This document shows, in pieces, positions 46,581 through 59,244 of a stretch of DNA of 64,000 nt. Every line of letters begins with the position of its first letter. Within the stretch, counting starts at the first letter, position 1. Origin of the DNA: Trypanosoma brucei (taxonomy: Eukaryota). Under the pieces are notes generated by a model. That model saw nothing but the letters and a program-made list of their open reading frames with translations, ran no database searches and was not told the origin of the DNA. The position numbers and the translations under genes were made by a program. The stretch covers positions 128,001-192,000 of the forward strand of contig CP000066.1 of NCBI GenBank assembly GCA_000002445.1. The letters run 5' to 3'.

Positions 46581-48665
46581 TTGAGGGTATAAATATATAT
46601 ATTATTTTCCTTAAAGAAAAAGAAAAGAAAAATGCAAGTCAGCTGCACCCAACACGGGAGTTTACGCAGAAGCCACAAAAAAAAAATTGTTTGATTCACC
46701 TCCAGAAGAGAAAGGAAGAGAGACAAATAAAATTAAAATAAAGAAGAACTGCAGCGCGCATCCCTCCTATGGGTTTCAAACACATGAAATAACTAATAAA
46801 ATCAACACCCATGACCGCAATTTCCATCCTTTTGAGAATAAATACCGCCATGAGTTGATGTAAAGTCGCATTTGCCCGCCAGATTCAACAGGAAGTCGCA
46901 AAATATTGGGGGAAAAAGGCAAAAAAAAAGAGAAGAAACCTGCGCCAAAAAGTCGCGTCAACATCTTCAACTTTTTTTTTTGACATCATCTTCTCCCACA
47001 TTTCCTCCCTTTCCTTTTGGTTTTTTTTTTTCAGGCACACAAATGCGTGAGGTACGCGGCGTCACCGTGTGAGCGGGAGTAATAAAAATAAAAATAAATT
47101 CATTTCCCTTTAATTTTGACATGCAAATGTAAATAATACCTTCAGTACTGTATGAGAGATATTCCCAGCTACCAATTCATCATGTTCTACCAATACGGTA
47201 GTTGATGATAATTAATATCCATTTCATAAACTAAAGCTTGAAATAATTAAGAGGAGGGCCAAATTCTCCCTTCCTTCCTTCCTTCCTTCCCCACCCTCTT
47301 ATTCTTATTATTCTTCTTCTTCTCATCCTCCTCCCCCTTCTTCATTAATCAAAAAAAAAGAAAAAGGTAGGAAAAAAAGAAGAAAAAAAGAAAAGAAGAA
47401 AAATAAAACCAGAAATGCTGCAGAAGTTATGGTACAAGAAGTGCAAACAAACACAAATTGTATGAAGACAAGGGAGAGAGAGAGAGGGGGGGGGAGGGGG
47501 GTGATAATTAGAAAAAAAAGAGGGGAAGAAGAAGAAGAAAAAAAAAAGCAACAGAAGGAGTGAAATAGGAACACTCATCAGCATGCATTCATCGACATGT
47601 TCTTCAGTACGAACCACCAGGGAAATCTTGCTTTTTTTCTTTTTTTTTTGTGTTCGTGTTCGTGTTCGTGTTTGTGTGTGTTTGTTTTTTTTTTAAATCT
47701 TTTTTTGTTTTTTTTGTCTTCTTTTTCTTGTTGATTATGGTCCCTAAATATATATATGAAAATATATACTAATAATAATAATGATGGTGATAATGATAAT
47801 AATAATAATAGTAACAAAAACAAATATACGACAAAAAGAGGGGGGAAATAAAAAGAAAAGAAAAAAAACATGAAACTGTTCTCCTGCAGGCACACTCACA
47901 TACACAAACACACTAACAAACTTTTTTTATTCTTTTTTTTTTTTTAAAAGTCGTTTCAGTCGTTTCATCCTTTCTCCCTTTTTTTCCCCTTAAAACAAAA
48001 AACAAAAAATTTAACATTGTTTAATTCTTTTTCTTTTTCTTGTGATTTTCTTGTGAATTTGTTTTGTTTTTTTTGTGTGTTTTCCCTCATTTTATATTTT
48101 AAGTAACATTTCATTGAATTTGGAAAAAAAAAAATTCCCTTTTCCCCATCATCTCCGTTTCCTCACCTCTCATTATTATTATTATTATTTTCTTTTTTTT
48201 TTTCCTTCCCTCCCTCCCTCCTTCCCTCCCTTTTTCTTCCTCTTCCTCTTCTTTTTTTTTAAAAAAAATTTCTCTCTTTTGTTTTCATGTTTCGAGGGGC
48301 ATACGTGCCCACACTTTTCTCCTCTTTTTTTTTTCCACTTAACTTTCCTCTCCCATTTTTTTTTCTTTTTTTTTCTTTCCTTTTTTTTTCACTTTTTTCT
48401 CCCTGTACTTTTTTCTTTTCTTCTTTTTTTTTTCTTCTCAAAATCGTATATCTTTGTTGTTGTTGATGAAAGAAGGAGGAAGCATCACACAAAAAACAAA
48501 AAAAAAACAAAAAAATTTCAAGAATGAAAGAGGAAAAAAAAAGTAAAAGTAAAAGTAAAAGTAAAAAAAACAAAGAAAAGAAAGAACAACTTTCGGTGTT
48601 TCTAAAACTGAACTTCCCACAACGACAACCCGCCATTTATTTTTCTCTTTTTTTTTTTTTGCTTC

Positions 48666-48712
48666 TCTCTTTCTTTCTTTCTTTCTTTCTTTCTTTTCTT
48701 TCTTTCTTTTTT
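48666..48712. repeat. (TTTC)n tetranucleotide repeat inside a 2.3 kb low-complexity spacer (46426-48778)
   Basis: ctttctttctttctttctttctttcttttctttctttc read directly. The surrounding 2.3 kb is almost entirely homopolymer and simple-repeat sequence. Confidence 0.9.
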
Positions 48713-48778
48713 TTCCTTCAAGTGTATTTCTTCCCAAGTCGTACGGAACAGTTGTAAGAGCTCAAAAATAACGTTGCA

Positions 48779-49171
48779 TTATGCCATGGGCGGAACATCA
48801 TGTCCCACCTGTTGCATTTGCGAAGAATCCGGTCCGACAGAAGCCCGTAATTCACCAGGCCCATGCGCAAAAGCACATCTGTCACCCCAACTGCATTCTC
48901 CATTCTTTTCCCAATAAATACACATTTTAGTTTTGCGTTTCCCCTGATCAATACCATTACGACCACCACGGCCACCACGACCGCCACGATTCCCACCAGC
49001 TACCATCACCGGATCATAATATCCGCCAAACGAATAGCCGACAGTTTCTGGTAAATTCCAATGCGTTGTCTTAGTATTATGATCCAAATAATAAGGCTGT
49101 CCATTTGCGGTGTATGCTATTTGCCAACCTGCTGGAAGAAGAGGCGGATTTACTGCAAAATAGCCCTGCAT
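48779..49171 (-). CDS. ZFP3: Small WW-domain + CCCH zinc-finger RNA-binding protein (TbZFP2/ZFP3-like), with RGG box
   Basis: 130 aa. LPAGWQIAYTANGQPYYLDHNTKTTHWNLP is a WW domain with both conserved W residues and the YY/HNT core. GGRGGRGGRNG is an RGG box. CIYWEKNGECSWGDRCAFAH fits C-x8-C-x5-C-x3-H. This size and architecture match the ZFP2/ZFP3 pair of T. brucei. The symbol is assigned from memory of ZFP3 being about 130 aa and lying near a P450 on chromosome 3; it is not verified. Confidence 0.8.
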   Translation of the reverse strand: MQGYFAVNPPLLPAGWQIAYTANGQPYYLDHNTKTTHWNLPETVGYSFGGYYDPVMVAGGNRGGRGGRGGRNGIDQGKRKTKMCIYWEKNGECSWGDRCAFAHGPGELRASVGPDSSQMQQVGHDVPPMA

Positions 49172-50110
49172 GTCTTATTATTATTATTATTGTTGTTGTT
49201 GTTGTTGTTGTTTTTTGTTTTGTTTTGTTTTTTGTTTTCCTCCGATGTGGTTTTATATATCGTGTGCGTGTGGTGCGTTTTCGTGTATTACAAGTGGCGT
49301 GGCGGGCTCCGTGCTGTTAATGAATAGAACAACAAAAAAAAAAAAGAGAGACAAAACAAACCAAAACAAAAACAAAATGAAAACTAAACAAAAAAATCCC
49401 TAGTGTTTAACACTTTTTCCCTTCACCCTTTATAGCTTATAATTTAGTAGTTAGTTCTTATATTAAAGAGGCGAGAGGAGCTCTAAAAATAAAATAAAAT
49501 GTTAACGGCAGCAGAGCAAAAGACAAAAGAAGAGAGAATAAAATAAAAGAAAAAAAACAGTAAGCGTAGAAATAGCACAAATTTACACATAAATGAGGGA
49601 AAAGGAAAGGAAAGGAAAGGAAATGCAAGAAAGAAAGAAAGAAATCAAAACAACAAAGTAATTTTTTTTAAAAAAAGCAAAGAAAAAAAAAAAAGAAAGG
49701 TCAATGAAAGGAAAAGAGAGGAAAGGAAAGAAATCTACAGGCCGAGTAAAGCAAATCCATAAAAATTACATACATCCACAAGAAGGAATATGTATCACAA
49801 CTTCACTCCCCCCCCTCCCTAAATGCACATGCACACAAACATACACAACTTATGTATACATCAAGTTCAACACTCCAACAAAACCGCTCAATAGACAAAC
49901 ATCTGAGGTTTATTAAACTTCTTAGATATCTTCTTCTTTTTATTTTTTGTTTTTGTTTTTGATGTTGATGTCGCTGTTGATGTTGTTTTCGCTTTCCCCC
50001 TTCATTCACTTACTCAGGCTACCAATACAAACACACACATAACCTCCTCCTCCCTCCCTCCCCTGTAAACATATACGAGCCGCGGATGCGTAACGTACGC
50101 ATCTCATCAA

Positions 50111-51022
50111 TTAAACTTGAAAAGAGTAGATGCCCAGCGCGGGACGTTGGTATCGCATCGTTTCTACAAAAACTAATAAAGGATCTTGCGTTAATGCAGA
50201 TTGCGGCATCGAGAGATCTTTCTTCCCTGGTCTGAGTCGCCGCCTCTTATGTGCATTAATGTCACCAAGCACATAAGGTTTCACCGTACCAACAGTAGCA
50301 TCGAAAAGCAGTTTTTTTTCCATTATTTTATAAGGAACGGGAACCTCCGCCTGTATTGCCTGTTTAGCTTTATCCGCCACTTCCCTCGGATCCTCCTCCA
50401 ATGCTCGCACTACCAAAGGCAAATTTGTCGGCCCTCGTGTTGGCAGTGCAATTTTTGTTGGACGGTAAGCTTTTGAATCATTGGCCCGCCTTCTTGCCAT
50501 TTCCTCCAAAGTATTGAAACGGTGTTCCTCATTTGGATCACGCGGTGGCATCATTCTGGAAGCCACATTATACCGATGCACAGCACCATTTGCATAAGGC
50601 CTCCAACGACTAGAAAGTGTTACTTTTCCTTTACGTCTGCATTGCTCCTGTACTGTGGGTGAAGGAGTATATGGCATTGCACATCGCAAATAAGGACGAT
50701 CTGGGCTACTGGCTTGAGATACGGGTTGTTGTTCCTCCATTCCAACTTGCATTAAAGAATTTACAGGAAGACGTCTCTCGGATTGCGGTTCCTTATCTTT
50801 ACATGACGACTCACAACGAAGAGGTGATGCTTTATTGTACTCATTGTAAGTTGTCGTTGTTGTTGTTGCTGCTGCTGCGCCATAAACAGTAGGAATACAA
50901 CTGCGTTGTGTGGTATTTGTTATGCAATTAATAATAGTGCTTCGTGGGAAAGGAGCCGCATATAAACTGTCCCCTGCACTGCTCGATCTACTGCTCACAC
51001 GTGTTTCCTCTTCCTCTTCCAT
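50111..51022 (-). CDS. Hypothetical protein (303 aa), acidic N-terminus
   Basis: Long co-oriented ORF with ordinary protein composition (MEEEEETRVSSRSSS...PPRDPNEEHRFNTLEEMARRRANDSKAYRP...). No domain recognised. Confidence 0.55.
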   Translation of the reverse strand: MEEEEETRVSSRSSSAGDSLYAAPFPRSTIINCITNTTQRSCIPTVYGAAAATTTTTTYNEYNKASPLRCESSCKDKEPQSERRLPVNSLMQVGMEEQQPVSQASSPDRPYLRCAMPYTPSPTVQEQCRRKGKVTLSSRWRPYANGAVHRYNVASRMMPPRDPNEEHRFNTLEEMARRRANDSKAYRPTKIALPTRGPTNLPLVVRALEEDPREVADKAKQAIQAEVPVPYKIMEKKLLFDATVGTVKPYVLGDINAHKRRRLRPGKKDLSMPQSALTQDPLLVFVETMRYQRPALGIYSFQV

Positions 51023-52736
51023 ATGTATATATATATATATATATATTTATATATTTATATATATATATGTGGATAAAACTACGTATCGTTCTCTAGTGTT
51101 CTACTACCTTATGCAAGGAGAAGCAGATAAATTAAGCAAAACAAAAGTTTCATTTTTTGATGTTTTTTTTTGGGGGGGGTGAAAAGGAGAAGAAAAACAA
51201 CAAAAAAAAAGAAGGGAAAGGAAATAAAAGAGAAAAAGATCCAATTCTTCTTTTTCTTTTTTTAGGAAAGAGACACACGGGAGCGTGTGTCGCAGGATCA
51301 ATAAATCGGTGCTTTTCGTAGTAGTGAAAAACAGAAAAAGTAAAAGAAGGAAAAAAAAAGTTTTTTTCACTCGAAAGGGTAAAGTGTAAATAACAGAAGA
51401 AAGGGAAACTGTGAATTGGTGCGGAGGAGAGGAAGGTAGTCGCAATAATAAAGAGGATGCCAAAGGGAAATCAATGGTTAACATGGAAAGAAGAAGGAAG
51501 ATCATATGAAAAAGGAAAATACAGGACAAAAACAAACAAACAAACGAACAAAGAAAAATGGTGGAAAGTAGATAACGGAAACAAAAACAACAACAACAAC
51601 ATGGAAATGAGTTAAGCAAACATAACAATAACCCAACAAACGCAAAAGTATAATTATAATGATAATTATATGTCCGCCAACCTTTTGCCTCCTTATCATT
51701 CTTCCTAGAGGCACAGATACGCACACACGCATGCAAATATACATATAAATATTAACTGCCCTCTTTTTCTTACTATTTACCCTCATTTTATCTTTTTGCA
51801 AGCGGAACGATCCGGCAACGGCATATAATTTATTTGGTAGCCGATATTTCTTCCTTTTAACAAAATTCTATTTTGTTTTGTTAGCTTATTATTATTATTA
51901 TTTTCCTTTTCAAGTTTTCCTGCTGCATCTCCTCCCCTCCTCCTCCACCTCTCCATCCTCTGACGTGACTACTTCTGCCCTCCACACCAATTCGTTCTGC
52001 TAATGTTAGGTGATGATTGATTGTTTTTTGTTTTTTTTAAATCTTCTTCTTCCTCCTCCTCCTCCCTCCATCTTTTTCTTTTTTTAAAAAAAAAGTTAAG
52101 TGAAATAAAGAAATGCGCCCGCCTTTACGTGGTGAAATTAATTGAAGGTGGGCAACGCGTCTCCTCTTTCTCATACCAGCTTATAACTCATCATTACCGC
52201 TTGTTTACTTGTTTGCCCCTGACTCTCTCTCTCTCCCTTTCTCTCTCTTTTTTTTTTCCTTTCCCCTCCCCCACCCTTTGGTATTTTGCATGACTTTTTT
52301 TTTTAAAAAAACTTTCTTTGCTTGCTTGTCACATATTTTACTTCACTTTTCTTTTTCTTTTTTTTAATTTGGTGGTGTCTTTTGCGTTTTGCTTTTTTTT
52401 TTTCTTTCTTTCCTCTCTTTTATTTGTAAACCCCTCCCCCTGCTCTCCCCTCTCCTCTCCTCTTTGTTTTCATTTCCCTCCTTTCAATTTATATCTTCTT
52501 CACGTCTCGTCTCTCGAGTGACGGAAGCTTTCATTAAGGCGAAATGTTAAATTTACCTTCACGACACATGCATCAGACGCCCCCCTCCCCTCCCCTCCCC
52601 CACACTTCATTTCATTTTCTTTGCTCTCTCATTTCATTTCATTTTAATTATATTTCCTCTCAGTTCCCTCACACCTGTAGATGCGACTGCGTGCATAGGT
52701 ACATTTATGCATACAAATAAATAAAAATATAAATAT

Positions 52737-52770
52737 ATCATATCATATCATATCATATCATATCATATAT
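52737..52770. repeat. (TCATA)n pentanucleotide repeat, about 7 units
   Basis: atcatatcatatcatatcatatcatatcatatat read directly. Confidence 0.9.
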
Positions 52771-52969
52771 ACACGACATTTAAATACGAGGATATGAAAA
52801 TTCACCTTTCTCTCCTCCCCACACCCTCCATTCTCCTCTCCTTCTCCCTTCCGGTATGTATTGGGGAGGGGAGAGGAGAGAAAGGTGATATATTTTCCCC
52901 GTCACTAAAAATAAAATAAAATGAAATAAGAAAGCTGCACAAAGCGAATTTACTTTCTTATTCCTACAT

Positions 52970-53710
52970 TCAATGTAACCCAGTTTGTAGAATGGCACAT
53001 GTGAGTTGACGGGCCACATCCTCCGGTGAGGTTTTCAATGGAAGCGCTAATGTCGGTGGCAAGTTATACTCTAAAAACGGTTCCGGTGGCCTGTACTTTG
53101 GTGGTGAGGCTTTCGCAGTTGTCGTGGGAATTTGGTACGGCACACCCACCATAAGATGAGCTTGTGTTTTGCCCTTCGAACTAATTATTTGCCTATTACC
53201 TCCTGGTGTGAGGCCTACCAGTAGCGAAGATGTTGTGGTTGCCGCCCCACCATTCACCTGCACTGTTCCTGTTGTATTGTTGCTCGCTGCTAGAGGTATT
53301 GTTTTCTGGGCATTATGTACGTTGGGATTGAGGATGTAGCCGTAGCCATTTACATCTAAGTGGCGTTCGTCGGGTAACTCATGGAGATATTGGCACTGCG
53401 CCCCGCGGAGACACCCACCATTAACATAATATTTGCATAGTTCTTGCGACCGCTCATGCGTAGAAGCGGTGGTTGGCATTGGTACGGTAGTTGCACCGCC
53501 CATACCATTTGTGCTGCCTGAAAGCAACACTGAAGGTGATCCAGAAGCCAAATAAGGGTAGCTATTAGTACCTGCAGTTGCAGTTGCAGGTGAAGCGCCT
53601 CCAGTAAGTGTGGCAGCACCGCGCCCATTAGGATTTGTGCTACCTGTTTGTGTTCCCCCGCCGGGAGTAAGTACATTGGGACTCCACAAGGCGGTATCCC
53701 GTTGCATCAT
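52970..53710 (-). CDS. CCCH-type zinc finger protein (single C-x7-C-x5-C-x3-H finger) with Thr/Gly/Ala-rich low-complexity flanks
   Basis: CKYYVNGGCLRGAQCQYLH fits the CCCH spacing. The rest is Gly/Thr/Ala/Ser/Pro/Asn-rich, as is typical of kinetoplastid ZC3H RNA-binding proteins. 246 aa. Confidence 0.7.
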   Translation of the reverse strand: MMQRDTALWSPNVLTPGGGTQTGSTNPNGRGAATLTGGASPATATAGTNSYPYLASGSPSVLLSGSTNGMGGATTVPMPTTASTHERSQELCKYYVNGGCLRGAQCQYLHELPDERHLDVNGYGYILNPNVHNAQKTIPLAASNNTTGTVQVNGGAATTTSSLLVGLTPGGNRQIISSKGKTQAHLMVGVPYQIPTTTAKASPPKYRPPEPFLEYNLPPTLALPLKTSPEDVARQLTCAILQTGLH

Positions 53711-54418
53711 TGCGTACTAGTCCCGCAGTATACTTTTTATGTTCCCACTTCTTACTTATATCCCTTCCTCCAACAACACCAACAAAAAAAAATATCTCGT
53801 CTCCTCCTCCCCCTCTTTTTCCACACTCCTTTTATTCCCTTCCCTTCCCTTTTGGTCTTGTTTTTTTTTTATTTCCTCTTCTTCCTCCTCTGCACTCTGA
53901 CTGCGTTCGCACTCCCCCGTCCCTTCCACTGCAAACTCCAGCCGAGTGCAATTCCGTCAATTCAATCCAACCTATTTTTAATTCCTCCTCTTCACTTTAC
54001 TTCCCCTCTTTACACGCCTATCAAAGGCACACGTCACCTTCGACCTAATTCGGCTCACTTTTTTTTGTTTTCAGAATTAAAAAAGGAAAAAGAAAGGAAG
54101 GAACCAAAGGCGAATACCAGATTTTAAAATAACGCAACTCAAATAAGGCGCGGTGTGCGAACCTGGACAGTCTGTGGGAGAAATAAAAGAAGGGAGGGGG
54201 GAAATAACCCGGAAACGGTGTCGGGTGTCCAAAGCATCAATTGAGGCGATATCCAAATGGCCAACAACAACAGCAGCACATACACACGACCCGTTAGAGA
54301 CAGATAGACAAATTATAAGAAAAGAAAAAAAACAAAGAAGGGGATCACGAAACGATAACTGAACATATGTGTAACAGAACCCACAAGAAGCAGGGAGATA
54401 ATGAAAGTAAGCGGCATC

Positions 54419-55423
54419 TCATACGCCACGCTGCTTGTTCTGCACGCGACGCACATTGACAGAGCGGAGGTACGCCACCATTGGTATCAGTACTACAACG
54501 AAAAGAAACATCACAGCGCCGATCCCCCGACTCTTGCATCTAACGCAAGTGCACTCAAAACCCCACCGCTTTTTCATAGCTAACGCCAACCGCGAGAGTG
54601 GCATTGTATTACCCGGCATATAGTCGATAAAAAGTTCCTCACCTTCACGTACTGGTCTAATTGTACGGGCGCTCAAGTAAAAGTTAGACTTTAGGTTATT
54701 ATACGTGATGGTGACCTCCACATTGGGTTGACACTGATGATTGAAATACTGTGCCTCTGGGAACAGACAAATGCCACGACGCCCTCTGTACTCCACATCG
54801 TACCTATTGAACTCAACTATCAGAGGTAACTTCTGTAAATCATAAGAGGAGAATTCACCACTGAGAAGGTAACTCGCTCCATTTTTCAACACGCCCTCAG
54901 GCCCAGGCACACGAACCTCTTCAGCGAATTCAAACACATCCCTCTCACGTGTAAAATATGAATAACCCCCCGACATGAGTGTTGCTACTCGGTGCTTAAT
55001 GTAATGCTGCTCCTCCGGCGTCCCCAGCACAAGCTTGGAAAAAATCTGTTTAGTAACGACAAGTACTTGATCTCGAAGGGACTGATTGCTGCTGTCGGAA
55101 ATGTACATGACAAATGCGGGGATATTCATAATTTCGCGACCATACCCAATTTCACGGCGAGCAAATACGCCTCGTGCATAGGCACCACCAATGTTGGGAT
55201 TGATGTCAATTTTAACATCCTTCGTCACAAAACCGTCATTGGGGGAGTCAATTGTTCCTTGAATGGGCGAGACCCGCGCAAAGAAACGCGCCGCCGTGGA
55301 AAGAGGCGATGTGACTAATGGAACCTTCGGAGAGAATGTTACATGTACGCAGCGAAGCGCAGCCGAGCATTGCCCGCCCACAGCAGGGGAAAAGAGGAAC
55401 TGTTGTTGACCCCGCAGCCGCAT
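54419..55423 (-). CDS. SET-domain protein (putative lysine methyltransferase) with C-terminal transmembrane segment
   Basis: FNHQCQPNVEVT (the NHxCxPN motif), EGEELFIDY (the GEELxxxY motif), and post-SET-like cysteines GFECTCVRC are present, followed by a hydrophobic C-terminus MFLFVVVLIPMVAYL. 334 aa from the first ATG. Confidence 0.75.
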   Translation of the reverse strand: MRLRGQQQFLFSPAVGGQCSAALRCVHVTFSPKVPLVTSPLSTAARFFARVSPIQGTIDSPNDGFVTKDVKIDINPNIGGAYARGVFARREIGYGREIMNIPAFVMYISDSSNQSLRDQVLVVTKQIFSKLVLGTPEEQHYIKHRVATLMSGGYSYFTRERDVFEFAEEVRVPGPEGVLKNGASYLLSGEFSSYDLQKLPLIVEFNRYDVEYRGRRGICLFPEAQYFNHQCQPNVEVTITYNNLKSNFYLSARTIRPVREGEELFIDYMPGNTMPLSRLALAMKKRWGFECTCVRCKSRGIGAVMFLFVVVLIPMVAYLRSVNVRRVQNKQRGV

Positions 55424-55810
55424 GCTTTATGAAAAACAGCCAGTTCTTACTAGTTTATACACGCCCAAATACACGCACGCACATACGCAAAGAGAGATAT
55501 ATAGAGGAAGAAAATAAGTGGAGACCATAATTGCAATAGAGGAAAAAGGTAATGCCACGAAGCAGTAATAAAAACAGAGCAGTTTTGATGCATGACCAAC
55601 AGTCAGCTATATCATCTTAGTGTCTGACTGGATGAACAGAGCCAGTCACACCGGTTAAGTAGTTGAGTGGTCGAAGTTTAGTACTTTTAATCAGCAATTC
55701 ACAGGCATTGAAATTTTATCGTCGAAGGGTCGCGCCCCCGTAAGCCCCCCCCCCAAAAGAAAAGGTTGGAGCATCTCTTCCCTCTTTTCCCCTATGGGTT
55801 GTGTACGAAC

Positions 55811-57463
55811 TTAAGAGGCTCGGAGAATGACAGCAGTATTGTGCTCCAGTATGCACATTGTAAGGGGTCTATCCTTCGGCCTAAGAAGAAAACTGCATTC
55901 TCTGGAATTTCCGCTCCGTTTGTCATTGCTGCCACCATCTGCACCACTCGTAGCCCTCCTTGTTACCTTGGATGGAAAGAGTCTACTGAGCTGCCGCTGG
56001 TACAGTATTTCCACAGTAGTACCATCTAGTATAAGCAGTGCGCCGCTCTCCAGAAGCACGCATAGTGTGTGAGGAAGAAGACAATCAAATATGGCAATGT
56101 CACCAATAGGAATGTCCTCACTGCAGTGTGTTTGAGGCCCGGGTTCCAGCGTTAACGTTGGAGAGTCCATTTCACCTTGGGATGGAGATTCAACCTTCTG
56201 TGTCTTCAGTGGTGGTTCCTCAGAACTCGTTGGTTCGTTCTTATGCAGCGATGAGTGCACGGCGAATTGCACAATAATGTTCTCATCCACAACCACGGCA
56301 AGAAGACCTGTTGGGCGTGAACAGTTTGACGTCCCCGATGTGACAGTTGCAGAAACGGCGGAAGGAGTCGAAGTGGAAGTTCGCGACGCGGGAGCTCCCT
56401 GGAAAGAAGGAGGAGATGCAACCGCTTTCACCACTCGTCCTGGACGCAGGTCTTCAGCACTACTAAACATAACCGATTGAGCAATAGTTGACAGCGCTAC
56501 ATCCATTAAACACACAGTACCGTCCGACCACACGACAAGAATAACACTTTCTTCATCATCCCACCAAGTTACACATAATAACTCCGTTGTTGTATCGCCA
56601 TTTGGGGGTAGTACTTTGGTCCATTGCTTCTCAACAGCATAAACACCGTTTGCGTCGTTCTCTTGACGCTTCAGCACGCACAGGAACGTGGTGTATATCA
56701 ACCCCGCTCTCGAGCCAGCTGTGTTGCTGAACGCTGTCGGGTTGCGAGTGGGGGGACCTGTTGAAGTTGCTAACACGATGATGCGTGAACCCTGTTGGCT
56801 GAACCTTATGCTGAAGGTTTTCCACGAGCCTCTGTCAGACAGGTCCGTATCTGCGGGAAGTTTGATGGCCCGGCATACATTAGAAGCCTTCAAACTGTGG
56901 GAACGTGCACGACTTATTGTGACAGCGTCTATGGTAAATGTACACACAAAGCCATCCACCACAGTACACAGTAACGAAATCACCTCACTGTCTGCCACAG
57001 TTGGTTGCCCCGCCACCTGTTTTGTTGCCGTAACCTCCCTCTTTGGTTTTTGTTGCAGAGGAAAACAGTCGATAGCAACCAACCTGTCCCGCTGCGTGTC
57101 ATGCTGCGGTGTAGTTTCCTTCCGGCCTGCCCTCTCCTTCTCGCGGCGATGCAAAGAGTCATCTTCGAATAAGTATGTTTTTGCGAAATTCGATGTATTG
57201 ATAACACAAACAACACCATCTTCTAGCGCGCAAAAAAGATACGGTGCCAGTGCGGTGGTGACGGAAGGCGTTGTATCGCACGGGCACTGGCCCCGTGACC
57301 AACAGCAATCTACAACCGCAATGCTTGAAGAGACAGACGACGAAGTCACACGGCGCTGGACGTCCTCACGCAGGTTACGTTGAAGAGCGTTTTTTGTTAG
57401 GCGCTGCCGGTGTGCATGAGCTTCTGTGGTCCACTCCCGCCTCCATTCGCTTAAAACTGACAT
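55811..57463 (-). CDS. Hypothetical protein (550 aa)
   Basis: Long co-oriented ORF with complex composition. WD/beta-propeller-like motifs (SDGTVCLMDV) are possible but not confirmed. The antisense ORF 56688-57383 is judged spurious. Confidence 0.6.
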   Translation of the reverse strand: MSVLSEWRREWTTEAHAHRQRLTKNALQRNLREDVQRRVTSSSVSSSIAVVDCCWSRGQCPCDTTPSVTTALAPYLFCALEDGVVCVINTSNFAKTYLFEDDSLHRREKERAGRKETTPQHDTQRDRLVAIDCFPLQQKPKREVTATKQVAGQPTVADSEVISLLCTVVDGFVCTFTIDAVTISRARSHSLKASNVCRAIKLPADTDLSDRGSWKTFSIRFSQQGSRIIVLATSTGPPTRNPTAFSNTAGSRAGLIYTTFLCVLKRQENDANGVYAVEKQWTKVLPPNGDTTTELLCVTWWDDEESVILVVWSDGTVCLMDVALSTIAQSVMFSSAEDLRPGRVVKAVASPPSFQGAPASRTSTSTPSAVSATVTSGTSNCSRPTGLLAVVVDENIIVQFAVHSSLHKNEPTSSEEPPLKTQKVESPSQGEMDSPTLTLEPGPQTHCSEDIPIGDIAIFDCLLPHTLCVLLESGALLILDGTTVEILYQRQLSRLFPSKVTRRATSGADGGSNDKRSGNSRECSFLLRPKDRPLTMCILEHNTAVILRAS

Positions 57464-57885
57464 GACGTGTTCCGACAGAAAAATACCCTCCTAAAGAAAG
57501 ATAACCACGTGGCAAGAAAGTGAAGTTGAAAAAGCCGTGACAACCTCGTTACATGGGATGTGTGTGTGGGGGGGGGGGAGGAAGGAGAGAAAAGGGATAC
57601 CGACTGTCCGGTCCAAGGGAAGACTTTGCGAGGTGCAACACAAAATTTGAGTAGCACAAGACATACCCAAAAGATAGGGAGGCGACGAAATGGGCAAACG
57701 ATCGCAGCACCACTGAAGTTACCCCAACTCTGAGTTGCAGGGCACTTTTCCACACAACAAACTTTTGTAAAGCCCCTCCCCCCCCAGAAATTTCGTACAT
57801 TTCAAGCATCGGAGAGGCATAAACACACAACCAACATATAATTTCTCTCAGACACACCAACGCACACCACAGCGGACCGTTCCTA

Positions 57886-58431
57886 CTAATCCTCCTCCTC
57901 CTCCGTTGCATCGGGAATAGGCTCCCATCCAGACGGTGGGTTCTTTGCTCCAGAGGAACACAACACCTTAAAACGGTTGCCCGATAGCTTTCTGTCGTTA
58001 CGCTGAGCCTTGTTGATATCCTTATGCATCCTGTAGGTAGACGGTAGTGATGTCCCATGCACAGTCATATCGTAGAGATATTTTCCATACATAGCATTGT
58101 CCTCGTTGGGAATGTCACGACGGGCAAACAGTTCATAGTGAGTGTTATTAGGAAGCCGCTTTTTCATGATATAATCCGGAAGGTTCTGCCCATATCCCGG
58201 CCGCATGTCCCTCATCGGGTACCCTGTGAAGGTTTTAAACTCTGGCGACATGGAGCGTTCATCCTCTAACTGCCACGCGCCGGGTGCCTTCTCCTCAATA
58301 TATTCCTGAAAGATACGGGCGCGTGCGAGCCGCAGATCCCATCGTTGCGCACATGGGACAGGAAGCGTACTCGGGTGAGTATAGCCAACACGGTGCACGC
58401 CAAGTAGCGGGAACCACCTGCGCAACACCAT
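57886..58431 (-). CDS. Hypothetical protein (181 aa) with presequence-like N-terminus, possibly mitochondrial
   Basis: The N-terminus MVLRRWFPLLGVHRVGY is amphipathic and Arg-rich. The C-terminus ends in an acidic EEEED tail. The mitochondrial assignment is inference only. Confidence 0.5.
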   Translation of the reverse strand: MVLRRWFPLLGVHRVGYTHPSTLPVPCAQRWDLRLARARIFQEYIEEKAPGAWQLEDERSMSPEFKTFTGYPMRDMRPGYGQNLPDYIMKKRLPNNTHYELFARRDIPNEDNAMYGKYLYDMTVHGTSLPSTYRMHKDINKAQRNDRKLSGNRFKVLCSSGAKNPPSGWEPIPDATEEEED

Positions 58432-59244
58432 CTATATCTACTCTGCTAGCCTCCGCTGACTGCAACGGAGGTGCAGGTACGCTTACTGCTCCACGTGCAG
58501 CACCAATACGACAAAAAAGAAAAGAAATGCATGTGAAAAGAGGGGAAAACGACGGCGGCATCCACCGCGACAAACGGAAAGAAGGGAGAATGGCAAGTTC
58601 CTTGTACAGGTGCGGGATTGCAGGGTTCAACTCAAATCTACATCTTTCTACTCGGTCATGAAACAGCAGTTTACACACTCACACCGCAAGGATGGGGGCC
58701 AAGAGACCGAACGTTTGTCGCTGTATCAGATTTGATAAACTTAACAAATGGCTAGTAATCTCACGACAATCCGTGACATATCCCGTGCCCTTAGTTGTCG
58801 AACCTCTAAGAAACCCCCGTCAATTCAGGCGGGGTCTCCAGTAAGACCCAACAAGTTTGAAACCAGGGAAAACTTCATCTCACCACTACCACTGAACTTG
58901 TGTAAAAACATATATCTTCCTGAAAGTAAACAAAATGAAGCGAAAGCTGTTTCAGGAACACAATTGACGACTGTGGTACTACAATAGTGTCAAATGAGAT
59001 TAAAGTAGAAACAGACCAACGTTGCTCTCACGTATGTCAACTGCATGACGTGCAGGTAACAAAAAATAGTAAGAAAAATATACCTCCCTTAACACAAACA
59101 TAAACACACAAAACGCGAATGGGCGGAAAGAAGAAAAACGAGCAATGTCCTGACTAAATTCCGTGCAAGAGCATGGAGTCATTCACAACCCTCTGCACGC
59201 GATTTCCTTTACCATTTCACAGTTGCATTTCTCACCTTTCCACA

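Noticed and set aside
46426-48778. Many short ORFs in the homopolymer-rich spacer (poly-K/E/F/L peptides)
   Set aside because: Pure low-complexity translation of (A)n, (T)n, (TTTC)n and (GAAA)n tracts.
56688-57383. 231 aa plus-strand ORF
   Set aside because: Antisense to the 550 aa gene 55811-57463. No motifs. Against polycistron polarity.
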